Source: a virus (lineage: Duplodnaviria > Caudoviricetes). Taken from it: a stretch of 64,000 nt of DNA. Numbering within the stretch: the first letter of the stretch is position 1; every line of letters begins with the position of its first letter. This document shows positions 18,094 through 27,740 of the stretch, in pieces. The position numbers and the translations under genes were made by a program. The notes under the pieces are model-generated. The model did not search any database and was not told the origin of the DNA. It saw nothing but the letters and a program-made list of their open reading frames with translations. The stretch spans positions 1 to 64,000 of the IMG/VR virus record IMGVR_UViG_3300042257_000126. One strand, 5' to 3'.

Positions 18094-21000
18094 TTAACTT
18101 GCCTCTTTAGTTATGGATACTGTGAAAATTGAACTTGAAATACAGTGAATGTACACGTAAAATGTACCATCTTCCAATGTTGCCGAACCGTCCAGAATTT
18201 TAGCCGATGCTGGCCAGCTTATTGTTGCACCACTTAACGTGAGTACTACTGTTATACTTTTATTTACCTGATAATTTGAGAATGAAACAGTACCGCTTGA
18301 AGGCGTGCAGAAAATTATTCCGTTTGCCGAAAAGTCCCAAGTAAGGGTGTTGTTTGTGGTTGAACTTTTCAGTGTTTCATCCACATTGCCGTAATCAATT
18401 ACATTATCTGCTACTGTTGCAGCAACCGAACCAGTGCCGCTTGCTGTAACTTCACCGGTTAATGCAGTAATGCCATCGCCTCCTGAACTTAACCCGGCTA
18501 TACTGTCTGAAATTTCTCCACGCATTTGGGTGTAAGTAGGAATAAGGGTTGTGTCAACTTTTAGCACATTGCCGCTGGTTCCGTCGCCTGTTAGCGTAAT
18601 GTCTGAGTTTACTACATCATTACCCCAGTTATCTCCACCAGTAAGGATTATATTATCAACTGTAGCATCAATTTCATCAATTGCTGCTTGTACATCAGTA
18701 GCAGTAAGATTACTTGTAGTATTTGTATATGATACTTCTGCTGCAGTTTGGTCGTCGGTGCCCGAATCGCCCCATCGTGTAGTGTCGGCCTCCGTAATTT
18801 CGGTTTTGCTCCAATATCTTGTGCTATCAACACCAATCTCCACACCACCATTACCACCTAAATAAGTAAGAGAAATTCCATCTCCTGCGACCATATTCAA
18901 AGTATCAATGTCTTGATCTACTCGAACGCTGTCAATTAACAAGTCAAATCCTTTTGGAATATATGGCTGTTTGGGGTCACCACTTGAAGTATAATCGCTA
19001 TCGTAATAAACAAACGTAATAGCCGATTCTACTTTCGTAGCCCTTGTTAAAGCGTTGTTAACTACGTACACTTGTCTTTGCATAAACTGTTTTGGGTCTT
19101 CATCGTAGGCATGAAAATACACATAGCCCAAACCACCAACAATAACATTGACTCCTGTGTTAAACACACTTATAGTTACAGGCTGTGCGTGTATATCATA
19201 CACAAAATCGCTTATTGCTTGTTCGTAGGCGTAATCATCACTATACTCGATGGTATTATTCCGTGAAACATAAATACCCATATCTAATCTTGCTTTTACC
19301 GTTCCATAGTCTTCGCCTGCTATCGTAGAAACAATATTATACGACGTTGGTGTGGCCGACAATGGAGTTACAGGTGTAGATTCAAGCGTTATAATAGCGT
19401 CTGTATTGCCCTCTAAAAACTCTCTCCCAGAAGGAACCAAATATGTCTTAAAATCGCTTCTGTAATTCAAACAATCGCCACTGCCTGCTGTTAGGTACGA
19501 TGTGGATTCAAACACCTTAGTAACGTTGTTTTCGTCGTACACCCACCAATACGGGTCTGCTACACCAAAACCATGATGTGCATCTTCTCCTAACGAACAT
19601 GTGGTTGCTGTCCACGCATCATTGTCAAACCCCGAATGGTCTGACCTGATTTTCTTGTAATAGATTCTATCGTTAACGTCACTATACAAAACTAAGTATT
19701 CATCACCATCAACAACGCTCGTAGCTGCTGTTATATCATAATTCGTTACAGTACTTCCGTAAAACACGGGTGTTGGACTTGCCGATGTCTTATTTATATA
19801 ATACGCTTCTCCTCTTGATATAGCGTATATGCCATCACTTGCACCTATTAGCCACTGTATTTCGTTGTCTGCTGCTGGCAAAACAATGGTAGTATCGTTT
19901 TCTATGTCGTATCTATAAACAGATGTTCCACTGGCCGTCCAGATATAATTTTCCTCTGAGTATGATTTATTAGCAGCCCAGTCAGCCGTTGGTGCATTAC
20001 TTAAACTCAACGCTGTGCCTTCTGATATATCATAAGAATACAAATAACCCGAAAAAGCAATATAGGCATCTGGTTCGTGAATAAACCTATCGAGCGCAGA
20101 AGCAATATGAACCCTTCCCGGACTTGCATAGCTCAATACTATGTTCTTTCCGGCAACTAAATTAAGCGTATCTATGCTTGTTTCCTGCAAGGCATTATTT
20201 ATAAATAAATCTACACTTGGATCAACATCGCTTAAAAAATCTTCTACGTGAAGTTTGTAATGAATCCCTGCGGAAGCATCATAAAAAGCAAACCAGTCCG
20301 CAGCATTATCAACTGTACTGACAAAGGCAGGCAACGATGGGATACTTACAGCCAAGTTTATATCATTTTCCATAGAACCACCACCTGTCAATCCAGTTCC
20401 TGCGGTTATTGTTTTTAATGCCAAGTCTAAATCAATGGTGCTATCACCTGACGCAAGATTGACAGTAAGCAAGTCCGTCAAAGAAGCAATTCCCCTAAAG
20501 TCGAGTATAGTGTCTGTTTTTTGTTCAAACACCCCCACGCCACGACTATTAACATTCCTCGCAAGGTTGGTTTCCCCAAAACCAGAAGGTAAATCCTGCC
20601 ATACGGCAGTATCACCCGAAGCCACTAAGTACATTCCAGCCACAGCACCACCATTGTAGATGTTGGTATGACTTAGGCTGTCTTTGTCTATAAAAATATA
20701 CCCGTAAGTATTAATATCTCCCCCAACGTTCAAATCAAACGAATCTACCAATGCGGTATTTATGTGAACCTTCGTGCCGTAATCTTCGTTGTTGTAAATA
20801 TAGACACCATCGTTTAACCAATACCTTTCTAATCCTTCAAGGTCTAACACCTTCCACGTAAACTTAGCATCCGAAGATACACGCATCCATTTATCGGTAG
20901 CTGATGGATTTTTGCTCCATGTTACAGAATCGGAACTGAACTCATGGTACGTCACATCTGTCAAATAAACCGTTGTATCAGCCGACTTCATAAAATCCAC

Positions 21001-21114
21001 GTCAACAATAAGTGAATCCTTAGCCCGTATTAAATTATCGTAATACCCAAATATGACTTGACTATTAGAAGCCACAGCCAAAAACATAAACGCTATAAAA
21101 AGTATTTTCTTCAT
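18094..21114 (-). CDS. Tail fibre/spike-like protein with signal peptide (start reassigned to 21114)
   Basis: MKKILFIAFMFLAVASNS|Q directly after a -7 box at 21129-21136; fibre-type motifs AGTGLTGGG, LTATDVQAAIDEI, LTGDGT. Confidence 0.75.
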   Translation of the reverse strand: MKKILFIAFMFLAVASNSQVIFGYYDNLIRAKDSLIVDVDFMKSADTTVYLTDVTYHEFSSDSVTWSKNPSATDKWMRVSSDAKFTWKVLDLEGLERYWLNDGVYIYNNEDYGTKVHINTALVDSFDLNVGGDINTYGYIFIDKDSLSHTNIYNGGAVAGMYLVASGDTAVWQDLPSGFGETNLARNVNSRGVGVFEQKTDTILDFRGIASLTDLLTVNLASGDSTIDLDLALKTITAGTGLTGGGSMENDINLAVSIPSLPAFVSTVDNAADWFAFYDASAGIHYKLHVEDFLSDVDPSVDLFINNALQETSIDTLNLVAGKNIVLSYASPGRVHIASALDRFIHEPDAYIAFSGYLYSYDISEGTALSLSNAPTADWAANKSYSEENYIWTASGTSVYRYDIENDTTIVLPAADNEIQWLIGASDGIYAISRGEAYYINKTSASPTPVFYGSTVTNYDITAATSVVDGDEYLVLYSDVNDRIYYKKIRSDHSGFDNDAWTATTCSLGEDAHHGFGVADPYWWVYDENNVTKVFESTSYLTAGSGDCLNYRSDFKTYLVPSGREFLEGNTDAIITLESTPVTPLSATPTSYNIVSTIAGEDYGTVKARLDMGIYVSRNNTIEYSDDYAYEQAISDFVYDIHAQPVTISVFNTGVNVIVGGLGYVYFHAYDEDPKQFMQRQVYVVNNALTRATKVESAITFVYYDSDYTSSGDPKQPYIPKGFDLLIDSVRVDQDIDTLNMVAGDGISLTYLGGNGGVEIGVDSTRYWSKTEITEADTTRWGDSGTDDQTAAEVSYTNTTSNLTATDVQAAIDEIDATVDNIILTGGDNWGNDVVNSDITLTGDGTSGNVLKVDTTLIPTYTQMRGEISDSIAGLSSGGDGITALTGEVTASGTGSVAATVADNVIDYGNVDETLKSSTTNNTLTWDFSANGIIFCTPSSGTVSFSNYQVNKSITVVLTLSGATISWPASAKILDGSATLEDGTFYVYIHCISSSIFTVSITKEAS

Positions 21115-21142
21115 GTTTCTATTTTTAGCAAAGATACAACCT

Positions 21143-21625
21143 TTACACGAAGGATATATTTTTGCCTGTTTCAAACAGATACCACTCTGCTTCACGCCGC
21201 TTAACTAATCCGTTTAGCTTCACACCGCCTGCCGTAATGTAAGTTGACAACCACCAATCTTTTATGTTACCCCTTTCATTTACCAACCTGAACAGCGTTT
21301 CCGATCCACCTGTATTGTAAGTATGTGAAACAAGTGCATCGAACTCATGTTGTTTCAGTCCTTTTGTGTTCTTGAGTACAATCGCTTCATACCGTGGCAG
21401 GTCTTTCTTCAACAACGCCTCGGCTTCTTCTTCTGTTATCGTCATTAGATTTGGGTACTTCTTTGCCAGTTCTTCAAGACTGCCTTTCCCAAGTGCGTGT
21501 CCGTATCCTACTGTCCACACGCCGGCAGGACAAAGTTTCGGTTGTAGCCCAATCTTCGTTAAGTCTCCGTCGTGGGTTCCCTCAAAAAATTTTATAAGCT
21601 GTACGCCGTTTTCGCTTGTTTTCAT
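21143..21625 (-). CDS. Lysozyme (GH24 endolysin)
   Basis: IKFFEG...CPAGVWTVGYGH...FDALVS..YNTG...GLVKRREAE. Confidence 0.93.
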   Translation of the reverse strand: MKTSENGVQLIKFFEGTHDGDLTKIGLQPKLCPAGVWTVGYGHALGKGSLEELAKKYPNLMTITEEEAEALLKKDLPRYEAIVLKNTKGLKQHEFDALVSHTYNTGGSETLFRLVNERGNIKDWWLSTYITAGGVKLNGLVKRREAEWYLFETGKNISFV

Positions 21626-21692
21626 GCGTTATTTTATTTGAGTGGTATATTTTATCGTTTGCGTAGAGATCGTTGCTCAGATCGTCTTAAAC
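21618..21692 (-). repeat. Dispersed tripartite element, copy B
   Basis: Similar to 13235-13308; overlaps the lysozyme start. Confidence 0.65.
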
Positions 21693-21756
21693 GCCCTCTG
21701 ACAGCAAAAAGGCTGCCGAAGTAGCCCTGAATGTTTCTAATAGTTCCAAAGGTGAA

Positions 21757-22446
21757 CTAAATCACATACGGTTCCCAATACCTGTTATAAGGTATATCAC
21801 CATCGGGTTTAGTTGTATTAGCATTTATTTTATTTATCCATAATCCATCTTCTAATGTCGGATAATGAACAATAACGCCTGTTGCATAAGCATCATGCGC
21901 CCCGGTAGGTTGTACCCAAACCGGATAATCTTCTCCTGTATGTATTTTCGTCCATATTGCAGGAACTAAATCAGGTGTTTGCCCTTCCACTGTCAAGGTT
22001 TGACCCGCTCCTGTAAATTCGTACTGTTCACCATTATATACTCGCTTCCATCCGGGTTTTACATACTCATTTGGAATCCATTCTAAATCATCTGAATTTT
22101 CACGGAAATAAGTAAATAAAGTCGGTACAGTTTCCGGGTCAAAGTGTGCGTATTCTTCCCTATTGTGGTCTGAGGCAACAATTAACAAGTGCGAATAAGT
22201 TCCTTCATATCGGAAAATAGTACCCTTTGTAACCATGCCAGTTTCCGGTAATTCAACTATATCCTGAACATCACCGTTTGCCGCTTCAATCTTTACCTTT
22301 GCCTCTGACAAATCTTCATCTGACAAACAACGTTCAGGAATGATATAATTTCCGTCAGGTAGTGGGATAGGCTCAATTGCGCTATACTTGCCGTATCTGC
22401 CTTTAATTTGCTCGGCTTGTTGTGCTGAAATGATTATATGACTCAT
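21757..22446 (-). CDS. Protein with a C-terminal CBM5/12-like module
   Basis: WVQPTGAHDAY motif shared with 16434-17186; no signal peptide. Confidence 0.7.
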   Translation of the reverse strand: MSHIIISAQQAEQIKGRYGKYSAIEPIPLPDGNYIIPERCLSDEDLSEAKVKIEAANGDVQDIVELPETGMVTKGTIFRYEGTYSHLLIVASDHNREEYAHFDPETVPTLFTYFRENSDDLEWIPNEYVKPGWKRVYNGEQYEFTGAGQTLTVEGQTPDLVPAIWTKIHTGEDYPVWVQPTGAHDAYATGVIVHYPTLEDGLWINKINANTTKPDGDIPYNRYWEPYVI

Positions 22447-23318
22447 GATATTACTCCTTTCCCGTTAGAATCCATGTAGGCTTCGAAGGCATCGCAAACA
22501 ACATTGTTTTCTGCCGCAGTTAATGCTCGTGAAAAAAACGCAAAAGATATTTGTCGTTGCGAAAAAGCCAATGGTGTACCCCCATTGTTAGCAGAAAGCA
22601 AATACATTTCAAAGTCAGTCATCGCAATATCGGAATTATGTAGTTTTGTTCCCATTAGCGACTTATTATTATATACTTTTATACTTCCAGAATCTATTCT
22701 GTTTGCCGTGAACAATCCTGTCGTGTTTGAATTGGTCACAAGACTGTCGGGTGCACCTGCTGATGTGCCATTTATAATTGCTCTTATTGCATTGTCTGCA
22801 ATCATACTAAGTCCGAACACATTTACCTTAGATGAAGATGAATCGCGTCCTCCAATTTCATACTGGTCTTTTCCTATAATATTTGTCCTCGAATAAACCC
22901 CCATCCCAGCATCATTTAAGGTAAAGTTTACATGATTAGAAAGGGGCTTGTAGTTACTTCTAATGTAACTGTCTATAGCATTTCCTGCAAACCCTTCAAA
23001 TGCTGTGAAGGCAGGAGAATTAACAGCCGTGGCGTGGTGAGCATTTTTAACAAGGTTTCGCAATCCTGCCTCTGCTGTTTCATTTCCAAGAACGTACATT
23101 ACATCAAAAACATCCGACAAAGCATTTATGTTAAGTCCGGTTTTTAACGCCTTAATAAAGGTATCAAGTTTTATAACTTGTGCCGAAGAAAGTGGCGTTG
23201 TTAGTCCCGAAATGTAGGCTTCTATTTCAGGTGATAGGTTCAACTTTGAGCCAATGTGTGCGCCTTTCCCTATCACACGCCCTATCGTCTTATATAGTGG
23301 TCTTCCTATTGTTTTCAT
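22443..23318 (-). CDS. Putative tail-associated lectin/LamG-like protein
   Basis: C-terminal ISFAFFSRALTAAE pattern; lies in the fibre cluster. Confidence 0.6.
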   Translation of the reverse strand: MKTIGRPLYKTIGRVIGKGAHIGSKLNLSPEIEAYISGLTTPLSSAQVIKLDTFIKALKTGLNINALSDVFDVMYVLGNETAEAGLRNLVKNAHHATAVNSPAFTAFEGFAGNAIDSYIRSNYKPLSNHVNFTLNDAGMGVYSRTNIIGKDQYEIGGRDSSSSKVNVFGLSMIADNAIRAIINGTSAGAPDSLVTNSNTTGLFTANRIDSGSIKVYNNKSLMGTKLHNSDIAMTDFEMYLLSANNGGTPLAFSQRQISFAFFSRALTAAENNVVCDAFEAYMDSNGKGVIS

Positions 23319-23704
23319 TAGTTGTCGTTGTCACCCGGTTTGATAATATACGCTACGTTGCCCGTTTCTGTGGTTCTCGTTAAACTAATCCGACACAAAA
23401 CTCTACGCGGCACGTAGAACGATTCCACGGTTGCCGTATCCTTAACCAGTGTCCCTGTTATATCCGTGTCAGATGAATCTTTTGCTGTCGCCCAATTAGT
23501 TCCGTCTAAGCTAACCTGCAATGTCCACGTTACGCTGTCGCTAATGTCGTCTGAAAATAGTTGAAAAGTGAACTTCTCTGCTTTGTCTGCTTCTACATAT
23601 CCGTCAGCCAGCGTGCCGTTTCTCAATGTCAGTTGTGGAATTATAGTATCGACTGCGACATCTACTGTTCCCTTGTACCGTGTGTTGTTTTCGTTGTATA
23701 TCAT
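23318..23704 (-). CDS. Small beta-sandwich structural protein
   Basis: LQVSLDGTNW motif; -7 box at 23719-23726. Confidence 0.65.
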   Translation of the reverse strand: MIYNENNTRYKGTVDVAVDTIIPQLTLRNGTLADGYVEADKAEKFTFQLFSDDISDSVTWTLQVSLDGTNWATAKDSSDTDITGTLVKDTATVESFYVPRRVLCRISLTRTTETGNVAYIIKPGDNDN

Positions 23705-23770
23705 GTTCTATTTTTTTACAAATATATTACTATTATAGATTATTATCCAATAAGCCACACACACGTTTCA

Positions 23771-26119
23771 TTAATTCGATTCTCCGTATGTTAGCATTAC
23801 ATAGGTATTCGTGCCATCACTCACACAATCAAACGCTATCGAAGTGGTCTTATTCAGCGTTGACGATACGATTCCAAACTCTATTTCTGTTAGCCCAGTT
23901 AACCCCGCATCAGAAAATGTGTTGACTGTTATTCCGCTTGGATTAGTAGCGATATTAAGATATATCACACCACCAACCCCACTTGAAAGATTATGGATAT
24001 TCACAACCAACGCACCTGCGTTATCTACCCGATACGCTCCTACGTTGCCATTCATTACATCGTGGGTTATATCACCTGTCTCTGTCCCGCTTAACACGTC
24101 TTGTTTTAACATCTGAACAGTTAACGTACTGTCAAAATCAGCCGTGTTAGCACTGGTATTTCCAATCGCCAGCACATCATCCAAACTTTGAGAATTATAA
24201 TCCGTACCATCCACAGCAGCCGAAATACTCCCTGCACCGTTCGCTTTTACAATTCCATTGACTGCCCCAACGATAGGGTCTGTTTCCGCCTCAAGAAACC
24301 CTGTTATAACAGCATCAACACTCCCACCCGCATCTGTAACCGCAATCGTGTTTGTGCCATTATTCCAGCTCATTCCCGTGTTCAATTCATTGGTTGTTGA
24401 CCCGTCCACCTCTGTCGTCAAGTAGTTTTGGAGATCAGATATTTGGTTTTCTGTTATGAGGAAACCAGTTGTGTCGTAATCAGCAATCAAAGTGTTTAAA
24501 ATAGTATCACCCCCTATAAACAACGTGTCCAAGCTAAATGTAACATAAGTAGAATCTACCGTAGCACTAATATAAGGAGTAGGATCGTCATAAGTAAAGC
24601 TAACATGTCTCGTGTCTGCCAAAATATACCCAACAGCATCTTGTGCTTGTTCGTCTGTATAACCCCCTGCACCAATAGTCGTGCTATCCACGTAAGCCTT
24701 TGATGCCAATATTAAATTGTCAGCAAGACCTGGTGCTTCTTTTTGTATGGCTATGGCGGTGTCCCCTGACAGAAATAATGTATCCACAGACACCCACGTA
24801 AAAATAGAATCAATGCTACCTAAATTGGTTATCTGACTTTGATCTATTCTAAACCCAGTGGTGTCGTAGTTCGCTATTATGTTGTCAACGATAGTATCGC
24901 TCCCCACGAAAAGAGTATCTGTGTTTAGCCACACAAAAGTCGAATCATAACTTGCAGACAACAAATAAGCAGAAGCCGCCACGCCACCCAACGAATCTGC
25001 ATCAGGTGAGTTTATTACCGTCAACTCCTGATTGATTACTGTTATCGTAGAATCGTCCACACTTTGATTTAGGTATCCTATCGTAGTGTCTGTCGCGCTC
25101 GCATATACCCGACCAATATCTGCCACAGTTGACAACAACGAATCCACGTTTCTTATCGCAATATAATGCACCCACGCTGAATCAATAACCGATAAAACCT
25201 TAAATCCATCTGTCGCTAAACTATCGTACTGTAAGTCCTGTCTGTTACCGTTATCCAAAACAGCATAAAGAGAAGCCATGATATAGTCAGCGGCAGGTAG
25301 CGGTGAACTAAATTCTATATTCGTATCACCCGATGCTACCCTCACTGTATCTGTTCGCCAGTAATCATTTTCCCCGTTCACAGGGTCTAACGTCAAGTCA
25401 AGATACACTTTCCCTGCACCTAAATTCTCCAAGTGATCAGCCGGCACAACGAGTTCAACAACGTTTTCCACCGAAGGATCGTCATCAATCTCCGAAACAG
25501 TCAGTTCACCCGACGCCCCTGCACCAATCAAATCAGGGTGTGGCTCCCAGTTGCCTGTAATCTCATTGTACTTTAACACGTACCCATCTGCCACGCCTGT
25601 CGTGTCCACATCTTCGTTGTCACCTATATAGATAACCAATTCGTGTGTGTGTGTCAACGTGTCCTGATAGTTCACAGTAGAACCTGTTATTGTGTCTGGC
25701 TGTGGTATCTTAACAAATTCTCCCACCAACACGGTATCCACTAAAGTTCCATAGTCCACAAAGATTGTGTCAACGCTGCCACCACCCTCTTGTATCGCTC
25801 CGTTGCAGGTACAGAAGTTAAACACCCACCAGTCATCGTGATAACCCGACAGTCCTGTATAGGGATTGGTTGTGTTCGATGTCGTATTGGCAAACCGAAT
25901 ATAACAATCACCTTCTTGGAAGTCTTTTCTCCACGTTAGCGAGTCCGCACTAAATTCGTGGTAGGTTATATCCTGAACGGGTGTATAAGTCCCCTGATAG
26001 ACAAAATGCAGATTCGTCTGCAAAATTTCAATCGCACGCACGTACCTCTCCACAAGTCCTTGTGCGTTTGTTACGACCGTAACCATTACCAGTATAAACA
26101 ATATCCAAAGTTTCTTCAT
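23771..26119 (-). CDS. Tail fibre-like protein with signal peptide and internal repeats
   Basis: MKKLWILFILVMVTVVTNA|Q; DGYVLKYNEITGNW, YTDEQAQDAVG, ITENQISDL, ETDP, LDDVLAIGN fibre-type motifs. Confidence 0.75.
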   Translation of the reverse strand: MKKLWILFILVMVTVVTNAQGLVERYVRAIEILQTNLHFVYQGTYTPVQDITYHEFSADSLTWRKDFQEGDCYIRFANTTSNTTNPYTGLSGYHDDWWVFNFCTCNGAIQEGGGSVDTIFVDYGTLVDTVLVGEFVKIPQPDTITGSTVNYQDTLTHTHELVIYIGDNEDVDTTGVADGYVLKYNEITGNWEPHPDLIGAGASGELTVSEIDDDPSVENVVELVVPADHLENLGAGKVYLDLTLDPVNGENDYWRTDTVRVASGDTNIEFSSPLPAADYIMASLYAVLDNGNRQDLQYDSLATDGFKVLSVIDSAWVHYIAIRNVDSLLSTVADIGRVYASATDTTIGYLNQSVDDSTITVINQELTVINSPDADSLGGVAASAYLLSASYDSTFVWLNTDTLFVGSDTIVDNIIANYDTTGFRIDQSQITNLGSIDSIFTWVSVDTLFLSGDTAIAIQKEAPGLADNLILASKAYVDSTTIGAGGYTDEQAQDAVGYILADTRHVSFTYDDPTPYISATVDSTYVTFSLDTLFIGGDTILNTLIADYDTTGFLITENQISDLQNYLTTEVDGSTTNELNTGMSWNNGTNTIAVTDAGGSVDAVITGFLEAETDPIVGAVNGIVKANGAGSISAAVDGTDYNSQSLDDVLAIGNTSANTADFDSTLTVQMLKQDVLSGTETGDITHDVMNGNVGAYRVDNAGALVVNIHNLSSGVGGVIYLNIATNPSGITVNTFSDAGLTGLTEIEFGIVSSTLNKTTSIAFDCVSDGTNTYVMLTYGESN

Positions 26120-26124
26120 TATTT

Positions 26125-26712
26125 CTATGTATCTAATTCTGCTACATAATTAAGTGTTCCTGCCTCCAAAACATCATCATACACGAACCCGCTTGCGTAC
26201 TTCGCACTTACAACGATATTTCTCTGTTCGTATCCCGATGCTGTTTTTACATATACAGTAAGCCTGTAATTAGAACTTGCCAACGGCGAAGCTACTCCGT
26301 TTTTAATAAACGTTACAGTTCCGCTTCCTGCTGATACAGCAACTTCTCCTGCACGATAATGGTCGTCTGTTGTAGAATCAGTTCCGGGCACACACGTTCC
26401 ACTATCTCCGTCATCTGTTACCACGTTTGAGTAATCAGACAAATCTACGTCTGAAAATATGCCGTTGTAGTGCCATATCTTCCCGTTTAACGAAGCCAAA
26501 CTTGCACCTGATAGTTCGGTATCCCCAACGTATAAAAGTCCCCCAGATTCTCTTATTTCGCTTAACACGCCCCACAGGTAGTGTAATCTCAAACAGTGAT
26601 CCAGTATATCCGAAATCTCATCCGTGCCATTGAACATTGCATCTACCAATCCATTGCTGTACTGAACAAGTACACTGGCACAGTTTTCTTTTATGTATTC
26701 AAACTTAGTCAT
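26125..26712 (-). CDS. Hypothetical structural protein
   Basis: 195 aa ORF in the late operon. Confidence 0.7.
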   Translation of the reverse strand: MTKFEYIKENCASVLVQYSNGLVDAMFNGTDEISDILDHCLRLHYLWGVLSEIRESGGLLYVGDTELSGASLASLNGKIWHYNGIFSDVDLSDYSNVVTDDGDSGTCVPGTDSTTDDHYRAGEVAVSAGSGTVTFIKNGVASPLASSNYRLTVYVKTASGYEQRNIVVSAKYASGFVYDDVLEAGTLNYVAELDT

Positions 26713-27217
26713 ACTGCAATATTTGTTTTAACAGGGCAAGCCTCGAAGTGAAATCCACGCGTTTCTGCAACGTCGGGTCTTGATCTTCGATAGCGTCCAT
26801 CTCCGCAACGAGCATGTGCGCTGTGTGAAGCACCCTGTCAATCCGAAAGTCAGGTGCATACACATCAACGAATCCATGTTTACTGTAAACTTTTCCCTTA
26901 GCGGTCAGCGTGTACCCTATACCTGCTTTGTTGGACAGATAAGCATCACTATCCCCTGACAGTTCAAGTGAATAGAAATCGTCTGCCACGCTGCTGCCGA
27001 TAACATCTGACACCGCCAAAGACACTTCTCCATCTGCTTTCAGCGTTGCCAGTTCACCCGCTGTGAGCGTGTAGGTATTGTCTGCCGTTGAAAGGTCGTC
27101 TGAGTAAAGGTTAACAACCATAGACGACACGCTGGTCAGGCTTGTGCTATCTGTTTGCTTAACGGTAATTTCCGTCTGAGCCTTATTCTTTGAACATTTA
27201 ATTTTAAAAGTTGCCAT
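26705..27217 (-). CDS. Hypothetical structural protein
   Basis: 170 aa ORF overlapping both neighbours. Confidence 0.7.
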   Translation of the reverse strand: MATFKIKCSKNKAQTEITVKQTDSTSLTSVSSMVVNLYSDDLSTADNTYTLTAGELATLKADGEVSLAVSDVIGSSVADDFYSLELSGDSDAYLSNKAGIGYTLTAKGKVYSKHGFVDVYAPDFRIDRVLHTAHMLVAEMDAIEDQDPTLQKRVDFTSRLALLKQILQYD

Positions 27218-27639
27218 TATTCTTTTACGCTTCTTGATTTGTAATTAAAAATCCTCAACAATCCTTCCTTAGTTTTTTCATTAAACGCCTTAGCTTCGTC
27301 AACATATCCAGCACGATCAAGTGCATCAGTTTGCCGGTCAACAACCTCCCCCAAACTCATAAGCAATTCCTGTTTTGTTGCAAAATCAGCATCCACAAGA
27401 TTGTCAACGGTGTTCTTAATGGTAAAACCACCTATCACAAACGGAACAATCACCGTTATAAAAAATGTAATGGCGATGTTCCTGAATACCGATAGTGTCT
27501 TTTCCATGTGGTTAATTCTTTTATCAAGCAAATCCTGATACAATGCAATCTGCTTTTCGTTTACCTCAGCCTGCTGTTTTAGTTTGCCAAATAGTTCTCT
27601 CGCTTCACTAATTAGTTTACTTAATTCTTCGTCATACAT
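27217..27639 (-). CDS. Coiled-coil single-TM protein (start reassigned to 27639)
   Basis: -7 box at 27658-27665 lies inside the longer ORF; TM segment NIAITFFITVIVPFVIGGF. Confidence 0.65.
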   Translation of the reverse strand: MYDEELSKLISEARELFGKLKQQAEVNEKQIALYQDLLDKRINHMEKTLSVFRNIAITFFITVIVPFVIGGFTIKNTVDNLVDADFATKQELLMSLGEVVDRQTDALDRAGYVDEAKAFNEKTKEGLLRIFNYKSRSVKE

Positions 27640-27685
27640 GGGCTGGTACTTTTCACACAAAGATACACACTTAACCATGCTATAC

Positions 27686-27715
27686 AAAAAAAGCCCCACT
27701 TCAACAAGTGAGGCT
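27686..27715 (-). terminator. Intrinsic terminator
   Basis: Hairpin AGCCTCACTTG..AAGTGGGGCT plus T tract on the - strand. Confidence 0.75.
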
Positions 27716-27740
27716 ACAATCTCAAAACATTTTAATCAAA

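Noticed and set aside
16434-26119. Diversity-generating retroelement acting on the fibre genes
   Set aside because: No reverse transcriptase is present and I found no TR/VR pair differing only at adenines; the WVQPTGAHDAY match differs at synonymous sites.
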